Of a stretch of 64,000 nucleotides of DNA, positions 58,982 through 64,000 are shown piece by piece (position 1 is the first letter of the stretch; the number at the start of each line of letters is the position of its first letter). Location: the IMG/VR virus record IMGVR_UViG_3300025713_000650, positions 83,640 to 147,639 of that record; one strand, written 5' to 3'. The DNA is from a virus. Taxonomy: Duplodnaviria; Caudoviricetes. A program made the translations under genes and the position numbers. The notes under the pieces were generated by a model. The model had not been told where the DNA came from, searched no databases, and saw only the letters and a program-made list of their open reading frames with translations.

Positions 58982-60199
58982 GTGAAGAATATTAGTAAAT
59001 ATGAAATGCAGAAAATGGGTATTGAAGGTGATCTTAAAATTGTAGAAACATTAGAAGATTTAAGAAATTCATCTTCAAGTATGGTTGTTACAGAATGTAC
59101 AAAAACTATTAAATTCAGACAAAATAATTTTAAGAAAGAAGAATCATTTATAAAGAAAAATAAATATGTAATGGCTTTAGGTGCATATTTAAAAATAATA
59201 TCATCTAGTTCAATTTCTTTTTTAAAACCATCTGACATAAAATTCAACAAAATATACAAACCATTTTCTGGACAAGATTTAAGTAATAAAACATTATTTT
59301 TATGGAGACAAGGTGGAATAGGAGATTTATTATTTATAACTCCTAATCTGCTTTATTTAAAAGAAAAATATCCAACATGTAAGATAATTTTAGCTTGTGG
59401 TCCACAATATCACTCAATGGTTGAAAAATGGAATTTTGTTGATAATGTTTATTCGGCTCCATTTAATGTTTCTTTAATGTATAAAAGTGATTATCATGTT
59501 ACATTTGATGGAGTTATTGAAAGAACAAAACAAGCAGAAAAAGAATCATCTTATGTTCTATTTTCAAAATGGATGAATTTAAATTTACCAAAAGAAAAAT
59601 TAAGACCTTATCAAAATATTGATGATGAATATGTTGAAAAAGTTAAAAACAAAATTAATGAAAAATTTAATATTAAAGAAAAAGATTTTATTTTGATGCA
59701 ACTAAGAGCATCTTCGATTTTAAGAACACCAAGACCAGAATTTTGGAAAAAGATAATAGATATTCTATCAGAAAATCATAAGATCATAATTACTGATTCA
59801 CCTTCAAACATAAAACCAATTGATAATTTTATAAGAAAATTAAAATATCCTGAAAATGTATTTAATTATTCAAGTTTATCTGAAGAAATATATGATACAA
59901 TTTCTTTATGTAAACTTGCCAAAATGGTAATTGGACCAGATAGCTCATTAATTCACATTGCAGAATCTTTAGATATTAAAAATTTTGGAATTTATGGAGC
60001 ATTTAGAGGAGATACAAGATTATCGACATATAAATATTCAGATTGGATTGATTCTAAATCAAAGTGTGCTCCTTGTTTTACACATGGAAATAAATTATGT
60101 CAAAATACTTTTAGAACTTTTCCTGGATGTTATGATTCAATTGATACTAATGAAGTAATTGAAAAGATTAATAATCTTTTAGAAAGGAATATTCTTTAA
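58982..60199 (+). CDS. Glycosyltransferase family 9-like (heptosyltransferase fold)
   Basis: RQGGIGDLLF, IGPDSSLIHIA, CAPCF. Confidence 0.85.
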   Translation: MKNISKYEMQKMGIEGDLKIVETLEDLRNSSSSMVVTECTKTIKFRQNNFKKEESFIKKNKYVMALGAYLKIISSSSISFLKPSDIKFNKIYKPFSGQDLSNKTLFLWRQGGIGDLLFITPNLLYLKEKYPTCKIILACGPQYHSMVEKWNFVDNVYSAPFNVSLMYKSDYHVTFDGVIERTKQAEKESSYVLFSKWMNLNLPKEKLRPYQNIDDEYVEKVKNKINEKFNIKEKDFILMQLRASSILRTPRPEFWKKIIDILSENHKIIITDSPSNIKPIDNFIRKLKYPENVFNYSSLSEEIYDTISLCKLAKMVIGPDSSLIHIAESLDIKNFGIYGAFRGDTRLSTYKYSDWIDSKSKCAPCFTHGNKLCQNTFRTFPGCYDSIDTNEVIEKINNLLERNIL

Positions 60200-60201
60200 A
60201 A

Positions 60202-61029
60202 ATGTATAAACTTTTTTTGACAGTTAGAAATAGATTGAGTATAACAACAAAATGTTTAACATCAATAAAAAAACATTCGTCTATTCCCCATCAAATTTAT
60301 ATTTTTGATAATTTAACAAATTATAAGATAAGAGAACATTTTTTATATTTTTCCATGTTATATGAAAATAATTTAATAGATCAGGTGTGTTTTACATCTA
60401 AGAAATCAACATTCGGTGCTTTTTCTAAAGCTGTAACTTTTAATATGTTTGGAAAACAACATGAAATGGATCCAAATAAAAATAAATTTAATTTTTTAGT
60501 TTTTTTAGATAATGATATGTTAGTTACACCTGATTGGGATAAAGTTTTAATTAATATTATGAATGATCTAAATAAGAAAAAATTAGATAATATTAAAATT
60601 ATTACTAAAAGACCAGGTGGTGCTAAAATTGTTAATAAAAAACCAATTAATTTAGGAGGAAAAGATTGTTATGAAGCTATTTTAGGAGGTTCTGGTTTTT
60701 GGGTAACTAAAAATAACTTCTTTTCTGATGTTGGTTTTTTAGATTTAAAAAATTTAGTTGGTTATAATAAAAAACATGATCAATTCTACTGGGAATTAAT
60801 AGAAAGAAAAAATATGGGTAAACCTTATACAATGGTTGTTGAATATCCATTTTGTTATCATACTGGGAAATTTTCTAATTCTATTTGTAATATCTTAACA
60901 AATAAAAAAAGGGATCCGCAATTATTAGAAAAAATAAAATTTGAAGAATCTGAAGAAATTATAGATAAAATGTCTTTTGATGAATTTTATAATCTTGTAA
61001 TAAATGATCCAGAAACAAAAAAATGGTAA
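60202..61029 (+). CDS. Glycosyltransferase family 2-like (GT-A)
   Basis: VRNRL..CLTSI..IFDN, FLDND DxD motif, VGFLD, YH. Confidence 0.75.
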   Translation: MYKLFLTVRNRLSITTKCLTSIKKHSSIPHQIYIFDNLTNYKIREHFLYFSMLYENNLIDQVCFTSKKSTFGAFSKAVTFNMFGKQHEMDPNKNKFNFLVFLDNDMLVTPDWDKVLINIMNDLNKKKLDNIKIITKRPGGAKIVNKKPINLGGKDCYEAILGGSGFWVTKNNFFSDVGFLDLKNLVGYNKKHDQFYWELIERKNMGKPYTMVVEYPFCYHTGKFSNSICNILTNKKRDPQLLEKIKFEESEEIIDKMSFDEFYNLVINDPETKKW

Positions 61030-61048
61030 CTAAAAAATAATTTTTTAG

Positions 61049-61966
61049 GTGGTATTAAAATGCATGGAAAAGGAAAAATGCATTGTAACATTTAACATCG
61101 GTGAGTTTTATTGGGAATGTGGTAATTTTGTACCATATATTATTTGGAAAAGACTTTTTCAATATAAAGATAGAAAAAATATTAAATTTATATGTATGAC
61201 AAGACATGAAAGATTTGATTTATATGGTCAATATGCAGATATTTTAATACCTTTTAAAATAGAAGGTGATGAAACAAAATTTATTCAAACTGGATTTAAA
61301 CTTCATGGATTATTACCAATTCAAGAAAATATTATTATTGAAACTTTAATAAAAGAAGTCACTAAAAAATATGATATTTTAGAATTTATTTATCCAAATA
61401 CAAGTAAAAAACATCATTGTAATAGATTTCAATTTCCTAGAGAAAAATTTTGTTATGATTATAAACCAAGAATAGAAAATAAAAAAGCAGTTGAACAATT
61501 ATTAAGTAATGATAAAAAGACAATTATTTTAGCTCCAAGATATAGACAGAAAGTAAAAAGAAATTGGAATCATTGGCAAGAATTATATGATATGATTTAT
61601 TATTCTGAATTTTTTAAGAAATATAATTTTGTTATTTGCGGAAATAAAGGCCAATATATACCTGATAATTATGATAGATTTTTAGATATGAACAAAATAC
61701 CATTCAATAATAATATATCTAATGCGGGGTTATTAATTGAGATAATAAAAAAATCATTTTTGACAATTGGGTCACAATCTGCAATTCCTAATATATCATT
61801 ATTATTAGGAGTTGAAGTTTTACAATGGGGTAATCAACCAATACAACACACAATTGATTATAATTATACAAATACTAAAGTTACATTTCTTGAAGATTAT
61901 AATTTCTCAATACATCCATTAAAAATTATACAAGAAATGCAGAAAATAATTCAAAGGGAGAGATAA
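61049..61966 (+). CDS. Glycosyltransferase-like protein (GT-B, GT9-related)
   Basis: IGEFYWE, RNWNHW, TIGSQSAIPNISLLLGV. Confidence 0.55.
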   Translation: MVLKCMEKEKCIVTFNIGEFYWECGNFVPYIIWKRLFQYKDRKNIKFICMTRHERFDLYGQYADILIPFKIEGDETKFIQTGFKLHGLLPIQENIIIETLIKEVTKKYDILEFIYPNTSKKHHCNRFQFPREKFCYDYKPRIENKKAVEQLLSNDKKTIILAPRYRQKVKRNWNHWQELYDMIYYSEFFKKYNFVICGNKGQYIPDNYDRFLDMNKIPFNNNISNAGLLIEIIKKSFLTIGSQSAIPNISLLLGVEVLQWGNQPIQHTIDYNYTNTKVTFLEDYNFSIHPLKIIQEMQKIIQRER

Positions 61967-61972
61967 TTTAAA

Positions 61973-62749
61973 ATGTCTCAAGATATTCTTCTTAAAATGA
62001 TTAAAGAAAGTGAACAAAATGCTCAGTCTTTTGAGAACAATATACCTAATATAGAAAAAAGAATTGCCAAACTTCAAGATGAAATGGATGCAATTCAAAA
62101 TAACTATTGTTCTAATATTGCAAATGAGCTTATAGATTATCTCTATAATAAATATAGTATGATAGATTATGTTTTACAAATAACTCCAAATTTTGATAAT
62201 TCAATTAATTATAATGGTATTGGAAATTTAACAGATTTTATACTTATGAATCGAAAATATGATAATAATGATTTAACTAAACCTCATTTTAGTGGAAGTG
62301 GAAATACAATTATAATTTCAGGTAATGTTGTTGATCAATTTCCTGAGATCACAACATATGAACCTATACCATTAAAGACAATAGGATTTGGAAAATATGA
62401 TACAGAATTAGGTTATTATACTAATCTTGTATTTTGTAATATTTCTGAAAAAATATATGATGTATTATTAGATCAAACAACAATTACTTTATCTGAAAGT
62501 ATTCTTAGCGATCAAAATGCTATTTTTTGGGGTGGAATAAAATATAATTCACCTTATGATTCAAATATAATAGAATTTATTGAAAAATGGGAATATGGTC
62601 ATGATTTAATTGTACATCCTTTTGATAATACAGGAACTTATGGATTAAAAGAAAATATTAATATTTTACAAAACGCAAAAAATCTTATGGAATCCAATAG
62701 TAATAAATATAGAAGTTTACCAGGAGCTTTACAATCAGTTTTAGATTAG
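61973..62749 (+). CDS. Hypothetical protein, possible structural
   Basis: Coiled-coil termini around a beta-rich core; next to the PAAR-like gene. Confidence 0.55.
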   Translation: MSQDILLKMIKESEQNAQSFENNIPNIEKRIAKLQDEMDAIQNNYCSNIANELIDYLYNKYSMIDYVLQITPNFDNSINYNGIGNLTDFILMNRKYDNNDLTKPHFSGSGNTIIISGNVVDQFPEITTYEPIPLKTIGFGKYDTELGYYTNLVFCNISEKIYDVLLDQTTITLSESILSDQNAIFWGGIKYNSPYDSNIIEFIEKWEYGHDLIVHPFDNTGTYGLKENINILQNAKNLMESNSNKYRSLPGALQSVLD

Positions 62750-62762
62750 GAGAATTTAAAAT

Positions 62763-63062
62763 ATGCCTGCAACAGCCTTAGCTTTAAAATCAATTGGTAT
62801 TGGAACATGTTATTGTCATGATAGTCCAATTAATACATGTGGAATTATTATAACTGGATCAAATCTTAAATTGGTTAACGATTTACCATCTGCAAAGATT
62901 TTTAATCTAATTATGGCAAATTGTGGTCATGTTAGTATGTTAGTAACAGGATCTCAAAATGTATTATGTGAAGGAATAGGCCAGGCAACGGTAAATTCTG
63001 TTTTCTCTGGATGTTTTAATGGAATTATTGTAACAGGATCTGACAATCATTTTTCTGGCTAA
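62763..63062 (+). CDS. PAAR-like baseplate spike tip protein
   Basis: Three I/LxTGS repeats, CxCH and CGH metal ligands, VNDLPSA, 99 aa. Confidence 0.7.
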   Translation: MPATALALKSIGIGTCYCHDSPINTCGIIITGSNLKLVNDLPSAKIFNLIMANCGHVSMLVTGSQNVLCEGIGQATVNSVFSGCFNGIIVTGSDNHFSG

Positions 63063-63077
63063 ATTAAGGAAAAAAAA

Positions 63078-64000
63078 TTGAAGATTATTTTTAATTTATT
63101 TCAGGTAGGATTAAATAATAATGGTGGGAGTCATACTCTGGTAAATTCTGCAAATACATTATCAGATTTAGGTAATGAAGTAATTATTGTCGATTCATAT
63201 AAAAATTATTATACTTGGAATGAATTAAGATGTAAACATTTAATTATTAAAGATATTAATGAATTTCCAAATGCGGATATTATTATAGCAACTGGAATGA
63301 AATCTTTAAGTTCAACAGAAAAATGTAAAATTAAGAATAAATTTGTTTATATTAGAGGATGGGAAACGTGGGTTTATCCTGAAAGAAATCTTGTTAATAT
63401 TTTAAAACAATCATCGTGTGTTAAAATAGTAAATAGCACATGCCTTCAAAATAAATTAGCTTCATTTTTAATTCCATCATATAAATGTTTTCCTGGTTAT
63501 GATCTTGATGAATTTTATCCAAATAATAAAAGAAATTATGATAAAATAACTTTAGGTGGTTTATTTAATTCTGGGGGAAAGAGAAAAACAAAGAGAACCG
63601 AATGGATTTTACAAGCATATCATGATTTAAAAAAGAAATATGATATTTCATTATATCTTTTTGGTGTTGAAGGTAAATTTCAAAAAAGTGGGGTTAATTT
63701 CATCTATAATCCATCGAAAAAGGAAAAGAATAATGTATATAATAAAATCAATATATGGCTAGCCACGAGTGAGTTAGAAGGACTTCATATCACTCCTGCT
63801 GAGGCAATGTTAACTGAATGTTGTATAATTGGAACAAACACAGAAATGGCAGGAACACAGGATTATCTTTGGAATAATTCAACCGGAATTGTAACAAATA
63901 ATGATTATGATTCATTTATAAATGGTATAGAAAAAATACTTTTTGATTTTGAAAAACAAAAAATATTAGGCAAAAATGCAAGAAATAGAATTTTAGAAAT
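63078..64000 (+). CDS. Glycosyltransferase family 4-like (GT-B), runs off window
   Basis: MKIIF..NNGGSHTLVNSANTLSDLGNEV; SELEGLHITPAEAM ExxxxxxxE motif; not in the ORF track because it has no stop in the window. Confidence 0.82.
   Translation, partial: MKIIFNLFQVGLNNNGGSHTLVNSANTLSDLGNEVIIVDSYKNYYTWNELRCKHLIIKDINEFPNADIIIATGMKSLSSTEKCKIKNKFVYIRGWETWVYPERNLVNILKQSSCVKIVNSTCLQNKLASFLIPSYKCFPGYDLDEFYPNNKRNYDKITLGGLFNSGGKRKTKRTEWILQAYHDLKKKYDISLYLFGVEGKFQKSGVNFIYNPSKKEKNNVYNKINIWLATSELEGLHITPAEAMLTECCIIGTNTEMAGTQDYLWNNSTGIVTNNDYDSFINGIEKILFDFEKQKILGKNARNRILE

Noticed and set aside
1306-59259. Short opposite-strand or nested ORFs in the track (e.g. 1306, 4568, 6083, 14172, 16179, 30119, 40703, 48149, 58933)
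   Set aside because: They lie within well-supported genes and lack SD sequences or motifs; shadow ORFs
1-64000. Genome-wide TAG recoding
   Set aside because: Long genes are intact in code 11 and several (e.g. 95..1108) end at TAG immediately before the next gene

Overview
Very AT-rich segment of a jumbo tailed-phage (myovirus-like) genome. Genes from 1 to 52818 run on the minus strand and genes from 54431 onward run on the plus strand. The left arm carries DNA metabolism genes (SbcCD-like nuclease, UvsW-like helicase, type IIA topoisomerase, RecA, RuvC, 5'-3' exonuclease, probable clamp, clamp loader, primase, Dda-like helicase, intein-containing class II ribonucleotide reductase). It also carries a phage-encoded two-subunit (beta/beta') RNA polymerase, baseplate/neck genes, and a cluster of a membrane-anchored AAA ATPase with tandem HExxH (M48-like) peptidases. 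Three IS200/IS605-derived OMEGA loci sit between genes: an intact IscB with omegaRNA, a TnpB element whose nuclease core has been replaced by a GIY-YIG endonuclease gene, and an orphan TnpB-type omegaRNA followed by exactly 16 nt and a terminator. The strand switch (52.8-54.4 kb) holds five 49-bp repeats and two 59-bp repeats bracketed by two inverted copies of a conserved 20-bp promoter-like motif, plus a structured ~400-nt ncRNA candidate; this is the probable replication origin. The right arm encodes structural candidates, a Nudix hydrolase, four glycosyltransferase-like proteins and a PAAR-like spike. No tRNA, rRNA or CRISPR array was recognised. All calls come from motif recognition by eye; no searches were run.
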